From a virus: DNA of 64,000 bases. Below the pieces are notes generated by a model. The model had not been told where the DNA came from, made no database searches, and saw only the letters and a program-made list of their open reading frames with translations. The translations under genes and the position numbers were made by a program. The stretch is taken from positions 1 through 64,000 of the IMG/VR virus record IMGVR_UViG_3300009506_000005; one strand, given 5' to 3'. Positions 47,128 to 55,565 of this stretch are shown in pieces; position 1 is the stretch's first letter, and every line of letters begins with the position of its first letter.

Positions 47128-47154
47128 CTAAAGACGTTCTTGAGAGGGGGAACG

Positions 47155-47364
47155 ATGCCTGAAAAACCGATCCGTCTGGAGCTGCCAAGCTGGAAGATTT
47201 CTGTCTTCGTCCCATCCGATTACCGCCAGGATCTGACCGCCTACTACCGCACCGGTGGGGAGATCGCCGTGGGGTTCGAGCAGGATGTGGCCCGGCCACT
47301 TCCAGTTCCAGAGCAGTCTCCTGATTTCGCTGGTTCGCAGCTTGTTCGAGGACGCCCGCGATGA
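47155..47364 (+). CDS. Hypothetical protein
   Basis: SD GAGGGGG, downstream of promoter. Confidence 0.45.
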   Translation: MPEKPIRLELPSWKISVFVPSDYRQDLTAYYRTGGEIAVGFEQDVARPLPVPEQSPDFAGSQLVRGRPR

Positions 47365-47939
47365 GCAGGAAGCTCCCGGAGAAGATGCGGGCGATCACGC
47401 TGTATCCAGAATGGTGTGAGGCAATTCTCACCATGGGCAAACGCGTCGAGAACCGCACCTGGGTTCCACCCTTCGAGAAGCGCGAGCTCATTGCCATCCA
47501 CGCCGGAAAGCGGAAGCCGAGCGCCCGGGACATGCGGCTCATGATCGAGACAGCGCAGGCCATGGGATGCAACGTGGCCACCCGCGGCTCGAAGGTCCCC
47601 ACATGGAGCGAGAAAGACATGGGCATGACCCGGTGGATCTCGCCGTCTGAGATTGTGCGCGGTGCGATCGTATCAGTCGCCGAGTACGGCGGCTGCTACA
47701 CGAACAACGAGTGGCCCTGGGCAGCCGATGGAATGAGGCACTGGAGGCTCTCGCTCGTGGTGCCGCTGCCCACGCCGGTCCCATGCCGCGGGCGCCAGGG
47801 CGTCTGGCACGTGCCGTCGGAAATTCTGTGTCAGATGGAGGAGCAGTTTCCCGAGCCCCCCTACAGGGACATCCACTCGCTCAAGGTGCTGACGGAGCAG
47901 GAGCGGCAGTACCTACGAGGAAAGGCGGCGCAGCCATGA
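47361..47939 (+). CDS. ASCH domain protein
   Basis: MRAITL.P.W..AI..GKRVENRTW..IAIHAG; GAIV; PVPCRGRQGVW. Confidence 0.9.
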   Translation: MSRKLPEKMRAITLYPEWCEAILTMGKRVENRTWVPPFEKRELIAIHAGKRKPSARDMRLMIETAQAMGCNVATRGSKVPTWSEKDMGMTRWISPSEIVRGAIVSVAEYGGCYTNNEWPWAADGMRHWRLSLVVPLPTPVPCRGRQGVWHVPSEILCQMEEQFPEPPYRDIHSLKVLTEQERQYLRGKAAQP

Positions 47940-48448
47940 ACAATAGCGGACGCGAGACACGGACGAAGGTGGGCAAGGGCGCGGCGTGGGTCGGCGGTGT
48001 ACTCGGTGCGCTCGCGACCGTCATCGTCGCGGTCACCGGGCTCATCAAGGCGATGGACACCGAGACGAAGCATGGCGCCAGCTATGAGGCCACGGCGATC
48101 CGTGTTGAGTTCCTGGCGGCCGAGCTGGAGGATCACGGCGAGCAGATCGAGAAGAACCGCGAGAAGCTCGGGGACGCGACCACGGCTGCGAAAGTACTGG
48201 CCGAGCGCCTTGAGTACCTGATCCGGGAATCACGGCGAGCAGATCGGCGCGCTGCTATGTCTCACGGAGGTGGAGCGGGTGGCGGTGCAACCGCTGGGAC
48301 GGAGTCCGGCGATGTTGCCAAGGAGATTGACGAGCTTCTCGATGAGGGTCGGCCCAAACCAGCGGCGATGCCGAGGCCCAAGGCGAAGGCGCGTGGCGAG
48401 GAGAAGCTGCCTGCGAGCCTCGATGCTCTCGTTCAGAAGGCGCTGTGA
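47936..48448 (+). CDS. Membrane-anchored coiled-coil protein
   Basis: N-terminal TM then heptads. Confidence 0.5.
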   Translation: MNNSGRETRTKVGKGAAWVGGVLGALATVIVAVTGLIKAMDTETKHGASYEATAIRVEFLAAELEDHGEQIEKNREKLGDATTAAKVLAERLEYLIRESRRADRRAAMSHGGGAGGGATAGTESGDVAKEIDELLDEGRPKPAAMPRPKAKARGEEKLPASLDALVQKAL

Positions 48449-48630
48449 TGGAGATGGAGCGGCCAATGCCTGAGTACTCCGTCGGGACGTGGGTCACGGT
48501 GAAGGCCGTGAGTAACAAGTTCCAGAACCGCAAGCGCATCCGTGGTGTGCGATGGATAGAGGAGCGTGACCGCTGGGAGTACGATGTGGGTCTGCTCTCC
48601 ACTGTCCCGGCCGAGGCGCTGGAAAGGTAA
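48448..48630 (+). CDS. Small SH3-like hypothetical protein
   Basis: PEYSVGTWVTV..I.GV.W..WEY. Confidence 0.4.
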   Translation: MEMERPMPEYSVGTWVTVKAVSNKFQNRKRIRGVRWIEERDRWEYDVGLLSTVPAEALER

Positions 48631-48634
48631 AGAG

Positions 48635-49156
48635 ATGGAGAAGCAATTGGTCTACCTGGCATGTCCCTACTCCCATGACGAGGCGCGTGTTCGCCTCCAG
48701 CGCTTTCGCGCTGTGAACGTGGCCGCGGCGACGTTGATGGCTGAGGGTGTCTACGTCTACTCCCCTATCTCGCACACTCATCCAATCGCCGAGGCAGGCG
48801 GCTTGCCCCTCGGTTTCGACTTCTGGGAAGGGTATGACCGCGCCATTATCTCTGCGTGCAGAGCGCTCGTCGTCCTCAAGCTCGATGGATGGGAGGAGTC
48901 GACTGGCGTGCAGTCTGAGATTGAGATCGCCGGCGAGCTAGGAATCCCTGTCGAATACATGGAGCCGCTCCCCGTGGAGGGCGAGCAGGGGCTGTCTTTC
49001 TCCTACACCCCGGAGACGGACGTGATAATGATCGAGGGGATCAAGTACTCTGGCGTCCTGTTCCGCATGTTCAGTAGCAGTACCTTTGCGCCGGGGACCA
49101 AGCTGGAGATCGTGAAGCGGGAGAACGACTTGGTGACCGTGAGGAGGTTACGATGA
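48635..49156 (+). CDS. DUF1937 (nucleoside 2-deoxyribosyltransferase-like fold)
   Basis: VYLACPYSH..VYSPISHTH..GWEESTGVQSEI. Confidence 0.88.
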   Translation: MEKQLVYLACPYSHDEARVRLQRFRAVNVAAATLMAEGVYVYSPISHTHPIAEAGGLPLGFDFWEGYDRAIISACRALVVLKLDGWEESTGVQSEIEIAGELGIPVEYMEPLPVEGEQGLSFSYTPETDVIMIEGIKYSGVLFRMFSSSTFAPGTKLEIVKRENDLVTVRRLR

Positions 49157-49303
49157 AGACACCTGGAACTTATGATGGTGAGCGCGCCATCCTCGTAGAG
49201 GAAGGCGGTGGCACCTGGATCGTCGCGCTGCGTGGCGTGGCCTACGTGGTGCTGAGCAACGACCCTGACGACCCGCTGTGGACTCCTGACGAGTAGGACG
49301 ACG

Positions 49304-49936
49304 ATGGCTGGACTCTCTGACAGGGTGGACAAGCTGAGCAAGGCGAACCGCAGGCTCTCCGAGGTGGAGCTTGGCGCTGCCACGGAAATCCAGGAGGGAC
49401 TGGAGCGCATCGAGGCTGGATTGGAGGACGTGAAGGTCCAGCCCGCCATCGACCAGGAGGTCTCGTGGTGGGATGACGAGGACCTGTTCCGCTCGGAGGT
49501 TGCCCAGGGCCATGCCTGGGAACGGTGGGTGGCCACGTGGCTCAAGCTCAACGGCCTGTCCGTGGAGGTCCAGGAGCAGACGGTGCGCGATGGGATCGAG
49601 GACCGAGATCGCTACAGCGGGACCACGGACCTGATCGTTGAGGGCAAGCACATCGAGGTGAAGAGCAGGCGCTTCGCTTTCTCCAGTGCCCCCGACCCCG
49701 TGTTCGTGATGCCGGTTCGCGACTGGGAACTGTACCGGGAGAAGCCCTGGGCGGTGGTGATCGTCTTCCGCTTCTGCGGGACGATGAAGGCGGTGCCCGG
49801 CGTGGAGGTTCCGAGGCTGGAGACGAGGACGGCCTTCGACAAGATAGTCCGCCAGGAGCGCGATAGCTACGCGGTGAGGAAGGCGCACATGCGCTCGATG
49901 AACACCCTGGCCGACGCCCTGAGGAACCCGAGGTGA
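49304..49936 (+). CDS. PD-(D/E)XK endonuclease-like protein
   Basis: GHAWE..TDLIVEGKHIEVKSR. Confidence 0.65.
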   Translation: MAGLSDRVDKLSKANRRLSEVELGAATEIQEGLERIEAGLEDVKVQPAIDQEVSWWDDEDLFRSEVAQGHAWERWVATWLKLNGLSVEVQEQTVRDGIEDRDRYSGTTDLIVEGKHIEVKSRRFAFSSAPDPVFVMPVRDWELYREKPWAVVIVFRFCGTMKAVPGVEVPRLETRTAFDKIVRQERDSYAVRKAHMRSMNTLADALRNPR

Positions 49937-49943
49937 TGGAGCG

Positions 49944-50234
49944 ATGGAGGAGAGTCAGGCAGCGGTTCGAGAAGGTGGTGAGGGCGATGCTCTCCGTGGC
50001 CCTTGGCCATGTCCGAATTGTGGTGACGAACTGGGCATCTCGACTGTGGAAAAACGCGCGAAGGTGCTTCGCCCTGGGGACAAGGACTTCGTCACTGTCG
50101 TTTATGCTTTCGCCCGGTGCACCGCGTGCAGGACGCGGATTGACGCAGCGGGAATCGGCCGCGAGGATGCGGCGCAAGACCTCGCGCGAATCATACGTGC
50201 GAGGGGAGAGGTAAGGAACGATGGCAAAGGATAA
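49944..50234 (+). CDS. Zn-ribbon protein
   Basis: CPNC..CTAC. Confidence 0.5.
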   Translation: MEESQAAVREGGEGDALRGPWPCPNCGDELGISTVEKRAKVLRPGDKDFVTVVYAFARCTACRTRIDAAGIGREDAAQDLARIIRARGEVRNDGKG

Positions 50235-50448
50235 GAAGAAGACCGCGAAGGGAAAGACCGTTGAGACGCCGAAGACTCCGGCGCGCTGGTTCAACGCCAT
50301 GCAGCGAGACAAGGCGCTCGCGCACGGGAAGGACAACTCGCTCGACGTCTACGAGGTCACGCACGGGAAGCACAAGGCCGGCTTCTTCGTTGGCGACAAG
50401 CTCCCGAAGACGGCTACGGGTTCCACTGTCAAGAAGATCACCGAGTAA
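50221..50448 (+). CDS. Small basic protein
   Basis: SD TAAGGA; Lys-rich. Confidence 0.55.
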   Translation: MAKDKKKTAKGKTVETPKTPARWFNAMQRDKALAHGKDNSLDVYEVTHGKHKAGFFVGDKLPKTATGSTVKKITE

Positions 50449-50482
50449 GGTGCTCGGCAAAGGTAAAGAAAAGAGGTAAAGG

Positions 50483-50914
50483 ATGAGACTCGAATTCACG
50501 GGACACAGTGACGACGCCGTCCAGATCGAGCGCTACCGCTCGGGGAATGTGGACGAGGAGCCGGAGACGGACGAGGCTTCGGCAATGGGCGAGGGCGCGT
50601 TCCAAGCGTCCTTCAACGTGCTCGGTCCGGGGAAGGTGTGCGGCGAGTGCGGACACGAGAGCGACGCGGAGACGCTCGCGATCGTCTTCGCCCACTTCCT
50701 CCCGACCGGGTGTTGGTCTTTCTCGATCTCGCCCGTCGAGGAAGACAAGGCGCTTCCCGCGGACTGGAAGGTCACGACGATCCAGGGTCACGGCTACTCG
50801 ACCGCGCTTGTGATCAACTCGGAGCACGCGCTCGGAGTGAGCAGCGGCAAGGGAGGGAAGAAGATCTTCTCGGTGCCGACCCCGAAAAGCGAGGCCGAAG
50901 AGGTGACCGAATGA
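50483..50914 (+). CDS. Hypothetical protein
   Basis: F.GHSDD N-terminal motif, GCWSF. Confidence 0.55.
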   Translation: MRLEFTGHSDDAVQIERYRSGNVDEEPETDEASAMGEGAFQASFNVLGPGKVCGECGHESDAETLAIVFAHFLPTGCWSFSISPVEEDKALPADWKVTTIQGHGYSTALVINSEHALGVSSGKGGKKIFSVPTPKSEAEEVTE

Positions 50915-51363
50915 AGGCCGCCGAATTCCTCCGCTCGTTCAAGTTCCGCGTGACCATTGACGGGCGCTTCGTCGGGATCTCTCGCGTCTCCGAAATCGAA
51001 TATCTGATCGCGCGCAGCGGGAACGGCTACTGCAAACCGATCACGATCGAGTCCGCGCCGAAGGCGGGGACGGGTGGACTCGCGGAGGCGCTCGGCTCTC
51101 GGCCGTGGGCGCGGCGTGACGTGACGCTCACCGAGAGCACGCGAGAGGGCGAGACCGGCCGCGTGATCCGTCTCCGCTCTTGCAAGCTCAAGGGCTACAC
51201 GATCGCGGAGCATGACGCGATGGCGGACGGCGTGGTGATCGATCGCGTGAAGCTCCACCCGAAGCGGATCGATATCGTGGCGGGGCCGGCGAAGTCCTAC
51301 GTGAAGCCGCGGCCCGTCGCGAAGATCGAGCCGGGCCTCCCGCCTTCGGAGGTGTCGCCATGA
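50911..51363 (+). CDS. Orphan T4 gp19-like tail tube-like protein
   Basis: FKFRVTIDG..G.SRVS..PITI..RRDVTL..DAMADGVVID..L resembles contractile tail tube family. Confidence 0.6.
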   Translation: MKAAEFLRSFKFRVTIDGRFVGISRVSEIEYLIARSGNGYCKPITIESAPKAGTGGLAEALGSRPWARRDVTLTESTREGETGRVIRLRSCKLKGYTIAEHDAMADGVVIDRVKLHPKRIDIVAGPAKSYVKPRPVAKIEPGLPPSEVSP

Positions 51364-51656
51364 ACCCGGAGACCAATCGGTTCGAGCAGCTCCGCGAGTC
51401 AACCGAGGAAGAGACGGCGGAGATCAACAAGCGCATGGTGGAGAGCCTCAAGAACTTGGCGAAGGTTGCGTCCGGCTCCTTCCTCTTGCGCCCGGACGGC
51501 TCGCCCGTCCCCGGCCACTGGCCGATCCTTTCGGTGGGAACGAAGGTTGAGATCGAGGGGTACACGTTCCGGGTCGGCTACATCGGGGAGAGCGTGGTTC
51601 TCTTGGAGCCGATCGGGATCGTGGAGATCGGGAAGGGCGAAGAGGTGACGCCGTGA
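51360..51656 (+). CDS. Hypothetical protein
   Basis: ATGA overlap; ends EEVTP. Confidence 0.55.
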   Translation: MNPETNRFEQLRESTEEETAEINKRMVESLKNLAKVASGSFLLRPDGSPVPGHWPILSVGTKVEIEGYTFRVGYIGESVVLLEPIGIVEIGKGEEVTP

Positions 51657-51862
51657 TCGATCACGATTGCAGCGGAGAGGGTTGTCTCGTGTGCGCGTGG
51701 GTCGAAATGTTCAAGTGCATCCGAGACTCCGTCTTCGATTTCGTGGACTGGTTTTTCGAGGCGCTCGGAGGCTCGAACGGTTGCCGGTGTCTCTATGCCG
51801 CGGCGATGGACGAGCGCGCGGAGGGCGTGGACGTGCGGCCGATCGTGGAGGTGCGCGAGTGA
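51653..51862 (+). CDS. Small Cys-rich hypothetical protein
   Basis: GTGA overlap with SD. Confidence 0.45.
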   Translation: MIDHDCSGEGCLVCAWVEMFKCIRDSVFDFVDWFFEALGGSNGCRCLYAAAMDERAEGVDVRPIVEVRE

Positions 51863-52230
51863 GCGGCGTTCACATCGAAGAGGCGCGCCCGGTGCGCTCG
51901 TGGGGATCGCGCATGGTCTACCGCGTCTCGTGGTCTTGCTCTTGGTGCGAGAGGCCGGTTGAGATCGAACTCGACACGGAGATCGGATCGCGCGAAGCCT
52001 ACCGCCGGGCGGAGGCCGTCAAGGATCTCCCGTGCCTCTTCTGTCTCGTTGGCGTTCCCCATCGGACCTACTCGGAGACCGAGGGAGGCGAGACGGTTTG
52101 CACGGAGCACCGCGCCGCGCCGCTCGTGACCGTCGAGGAGTCCTACCTCGAAGCGCTCGAAGAGTACCAGCGGAGCAAGGGAGAGAGCGGCGGCGTGCTC
52201 ACCTTGCGAGACGAAGGGGGGATCGAGTGA
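51859..52230 (+). CDS. Zn-finger hypothetical protein
   Basis: CSWC..CLFC..CTEH. Confidence 0.5.
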   Translation: MSGVHIEEARPVRSWGSRMVYRVSWSCSWCERPVEIELDTEIGSREAYRRAEAVKDLPCLFCLVGVPHRTYSETEGGETVCTEHRAAPLVTVEESYLEALEEYQRSKGESGGVLTLRDEGGIE

Positions 52231-53345
52231 GCGCACGCGAGCCGGCCTTTGACGCGGGAGCAACCGCGGCCGATTACGCGCGAGCTGCTCACGCTTTGAT
52301 CCGTGGTCACTTCACGACGCGCGAGGCTTGGGTCGAGATGCTGGACAAGGTGAGCGGCCCGGAGATTTCCGCGGACGTGGACGCCATGCTTCGCGAGTGC
52401 CTCGATCGGTTCGGCTACGTTCCCACGCTGGCGGCCCTCGTTCGCGAGAGCGCGAAGAGGGAGGCGGCGAGGAACCATCCGACCGTCAAGGACTTCGCCC
52501 CCTCGGATCTCAAGGCCCTCTACCCCGCGAAGGTGATCGAGGTGGAAGCCTACGAGATCGGAGCGGCGCAGATCAACGCACCGCGGATCGCCTACGAGAT
52601 CCCGTCCAGCATTGCGGATCGCGTCTCCGGCCCGTTGACGGGATGGGCCGACCCGCTCTACCAGTGTTACGCGCCGGACGTCCAGATCCCGATGGCGGGG
52701 GACGCGGTGTTGATCTCGTTCGTTGAGGGCCTCTCATACGGACGCGCGATCTGGCACCTCGGGCTGCCGGTCTCCGTATCGAGCGCGCTCACGAAGGACA
52801 TGATCGAGCAAGCGATCGAGGACTTCCAACAAGTCCCCCCGCCGGCCGGTGGCGATCGCTACTCCGAGGCCATGCTCCGAAGAGAGGCGAAGCGGTTCTC
52901 CGATCGCGCGCTCAAGGACTACACGGACGATATCGCGAGCATGACGATCGCGGTCAACGGCGTTCCGCATCCAGCTCTCGCCGGCTCCGGCTCGGACGCC
53001 AACTACGCGACGGCGAAGGCGCAGCTCGATCAGTTCGAGAACAATTTCTACGAGTGGGCAATGGGGAGAGAGACCTCCGCTATCGCGAAACAAGTGGACG
53101 CGGAGATCATGGCGCACTATGAGGGCGACGCCTCGCGCGTGACCGCGCAAGAGGTCGCGGACTCGATCTCAAAGGTTCCCGGGGTTGCGGCTGTGGTGAC
53201 GCCGGATGGCGGCGAGGTGAGGGTGAGCAGCTCGAAGGAAGAGGCGAGGACGGAGATCGAGATCATGGCGCGCGCGGTGTGCGAGGACATCGATTCCTCG
53301 GAGGTTGGCCGCGAGTGGGACGCGGCGAAGAAAGGGGGCGCATGA
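52227..53345 (+). CDS. Mosaic protein with short virion-protein-like segments
   Basis: Spike-, portal- and capsid-like motifs seen by eye (see findings). Confidence 0.5.
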   Translation: MSAREPAFDAGATAADYARAAHALIRGHFTTREAWVEMLDKVSGPEISADVDAMLRECLDRFGYVPTLAALVRESAKREAARNHPTVKDFAPSDLKALYPAKVIEVEAYEIGAAQINAPRIAYEIPSSIADRVSGPLTGWADPLYQCYAPDVQIPMAGDAVLISFVEGLSYGRAIWHLGLPVSVSSALTKDMIEQAIEDFQQVPPPAGGDRYSEAMLRREAKRFSDRALKDYTDDIASMTIAVNGVPHPALAGSGSDANYATAKAQLDQFENNFYEWAMGRETSAIAKQVDAEIMAHYEGDASRVTAQEVADSISKVPGVAAVVTPDGGEVRVSSSKEEARTEIEIMARAVCEDIDSSEVGREWDAAKKGGA

Positions 53346-53560
53346 TGGCGAAGCTCGACTTCTCGCTACCGATCGAGATCGTCGTCTCCGCGGAGGTTCC
53401 CGAGGACGGGATCTATCTCGCGAGCGGGTTGAAGTTCGAGCCGAACCCGGAGGGGCCGGACACTCCGCCAGCGTTCGAGGTGCGGACCGAGGGCGAGCGC
53501 GTCGAGCTGATCAGCCGTGGCCGCGTGCGCTTCACTGGCGCGGCGAAGGTGAAGCTATGA
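53342..53560 (+). CDS. Hypothetical protein (capsid-like short motif)
   Basis: IEIVVSAEVPEDGIYL. Confidence 0.45.
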   Translation: MMAKLDFSLPIEIVVSAEVPEDGIYLASGLKFEPNPEGPDTPPAFEVRTEGERVELISRGRVRFTGAAKVKL

Positions 53561-54108
53561 AGATGGCGATCCCCGAGCCGGGCCACTTCACGGCCAAGCA
53601 ACGCGAGCGCCGCCTCGACGGTTGCCGCCGGTGCGGGTTGTGTTGTGTCCTCTTCGCGATCTCGAAGTGCTCACGCGCCGACCGGGATCGACTCGGCCCG
53701 GAGTTCTTCGTCGAGCGCGAGGACGGCGGGATCGAGTTGCGGAGCGCGCCGCGTTCGTTCGTCCCGTCCGAGGTAGGCGGGACCGCTTGCGTCTTCTTGG
53801 AGTTCGACGGGGAGCGCGCGCGCTGCGCGGTCAACGAAGAGAAGCCGGGACTCTGCGCGCGTTGGAGTTGCGGCAAGCCGCAAGCCGCGGCGCTGATCGA
53901 TTGGGCGCTCGCGAACCGTCTCGGCCGCCTCTCCGCGGAGGCCGAGCGCACGCACGATCTAACGTGCCGATGGATCGACGCATGGGAAGAAGACCGGCGG
54001 AGCCGGACGCCAGCTCGACACGAGCGAGAGCGCCAGCTATGCGCGGATCTTTGGGAGAGCTATCGCGCGTTGCCGGGACATCCCGAGCACGCGGAAGGGA
54101 GAGCATGA
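53557..54108 (+). CDS. YkgJ-family cysteine-cluster (CxxCxxCC) protein
   Basis: CRRCGLCC..ACVFL..CAV.EEKPGLCARWSC. Confidence 0.85.
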   Translation: MKMAIPEPGHFTAKQRERRLDGCRRCGLCCVLFAISKCSRADRDRLGPEFFVEREDGGIELRSAPRSFVPSEVGGTACVFLEFDGERARCAVNEEKPGLCARWSCGKPQAAALIDWALANRLGRLSAEAERTHDLTCRWIDAWEEDRRSRTPARHERERQLCADLWESYRALPGHPEHAEGRA

Positions 54109-54524
54109 TGGGCGAGTCAAGTTTCTCGGTTGAGATTTTCGACAAGGACGGGAACTACCGGAGGACGCTCCGGGTCGTCATGGCCGGCGCGGTGATCTAC
54201 GTCTTCGCGGACGGGGACAACGATCGCGAGCTGGCGCGCGGAGAGTTGAAGGCCGCCGGGTTCGTGAAGTGGGAGCACCAAAACGGGATCTACAATTCCG
54301 AGGTTCAGACGATCGAAGAGGCGGCCCTCGCGTTCGATCCCGAGGCGGAGCCGGAGGTCACCGAGGAAGAGCCGAAGCCTTCGACGATCCGCGAGACCGG
54401 CTACACGCTCGAAGACATGGCCGCCGCGTGGAGCGCTGGCCGCGCGAACTTCAAGAGCTACGGCGAGGCGACGGGAGACGCGCCGGACTTCCTATCGTGG
54501 ATCAAGGAGCGCAACGACGGATGA
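54105..54524 (+). CDS. Hypothetical protein
   Basis: ATGA overlap. Confidence 0.5.
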   Translation: MMGESSFSVEIFDKDGNYRRTLRVVMAGAVIYVFADGDNDRELARGELKAAGFVKWEHQNGIYNSEVQTIEEAALAFDPEAEPEVTEEEPKPSTIRETGYTLEDMAAAWSAGRANFKSYGEATGDAPDFLSWIKERNDG

Positions 54525-54733
54525 GCCGCGCTCGTGATCACCTCGCCGGTCCCTTCGTTGTGGACCGTGCCGCGCTCGACTTCTTGACGCCGGAGAGCGT
54601 CCGGTCTATTATGGCCGTCCGGGGGAAAAGGCCCCCGCAAGGTGAAGAACAAGAGGAGCCGCGCAAGGCTCCAACGCTGCGAGCTTCGATCGCTGATCAG
54701 CTCGCGGCCAAGGTAAAGAGAGGGGAACCATGA
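54521..54733 (+). CDS. Hypothetical protein
   Basis: ATGA overlaps at both ends. Confidence 0.45.
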   Translation: MSRARDHLAGPFVVDRAALDFLTPESVRSIMAVRGKRPPQGEEQEEPRKAPTLRASIADQLAAKVKRGEP

Positions 54734-55161
54734 ACGAGTCGAGAGTGGAGGACGCGGCGCAAGTGATCCGCGATTTGCGCCGCGAGTTGAGGGAGGCGAG
54801 GAAGGTGATCAAGCTACAGGGCGAGATCACGGATAACCTCCGATCTTCCTCGATTGTGCGCGCGGAGTGTGAACTCTTCCGCGAGCTGCTACGCGCGCTC
54901 GTGGATGAGTGCTCGCCAAAGAGGATACCGGGGGACAAGAAGTTCCACGGGACCAAGGCACCGTCGAAGCACTTGCTCGAACTAGCGCGCAAGCAGATCG
55001 GCCAGCCGCTAGAGAAAGTAGACGCGGGAATCCCGGTCCAGTGTTCCGATTGTGGGCGCGAGGGGTTCGTCCGCTTCCGTCCCGACTTGCTACAGATCCC
55101 ACAACTTGCGGAGGGGCCGTTCGTCACCATCGAAGAGCTGGATCGAGAGGTGACGCCGTGA
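54730..55161 (+). CDS. Hypothetical protein
   Basis: Coiled coil, CSDC; ends EVTP. Confidence 0.5.
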   Translation: MNESRVEDAAQVIRDLRRELREARKVIKLQGEITDNLRSSSIVRAECELFRELLRALVDECSPKRIPGDKKFHGTKAPSKHLLELARKQIGQPLEKVDAGIPVQCSDCGREGFVRFRPDLLQIPQLAEGPFVTIEELDREVTP

Positions 55162-55565
55162 GCGCGCGCGTAGAGATCACCGAGAGACTCGGGGCGCTGC
55201 GCGCGGTGGCGCTCGACGCGACGCCCGGACCGTGGACGATTTCCTCGGACGGGAACGGGAATGTCTCCGGCGTGATGCCGGAGCCGGAGGTTCTACACGA
55301 CGGGGAGATCTTCTTCGCGCACAACCGAGAGCGCGAGAACTTCGAGGCGGACGCGGAGTTCATCGCGGCGCTCGATCCGCCAACGGTGATCGGCTTACTC
55401 GACGCGCTCGACGAAGTGATCGCAGCGCTTCACCCGGAAGAGGGATCGAAGTCAGTGGGTCACGCTTCGTTGATCTCGGTCGGCAAGGCGCGCCACGCTC
55501 TCGCGATTCACGGGATCGCCTTCATGGACGGTCTACCGCCGGATCCGGAAGAGGTGACGCCATGA
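55158..55565 (+). CDS. Ead/Ea22-like protein
   Basis: ATPGPW..ADAEFIAALDPPTVIGLLD. Confidence 0.75.
   Translation: MSARVEITERLGALRAVALDATPGPWTISSDGNGNVSGVMPEPEVLHDGEIFFAHNRERENFEADAEFIAALDPPTVIGLLDALDEVIAALHPEEGSKSVGHASLISVGKARHALAIHGIAFMDGLPPDPEEVTP

Noticed and set aside
46271-47626. 451-aa minus-strand ORF
   Set aside because: Spans several well-supported + strand genes and a promoter; composition is not protein-like
49933-50214. 93-aa Arg-rich ORF
   Set aside because: The alternative frame 49944-50234 has paired CxxC motifs and typical composition, though this is not certain
55232-55561. N-terminal extension making a 929-aa ORF
   Set aside because: Overlaps the Ea22-like gene; real start is 55562 at the SD/ATGA junction
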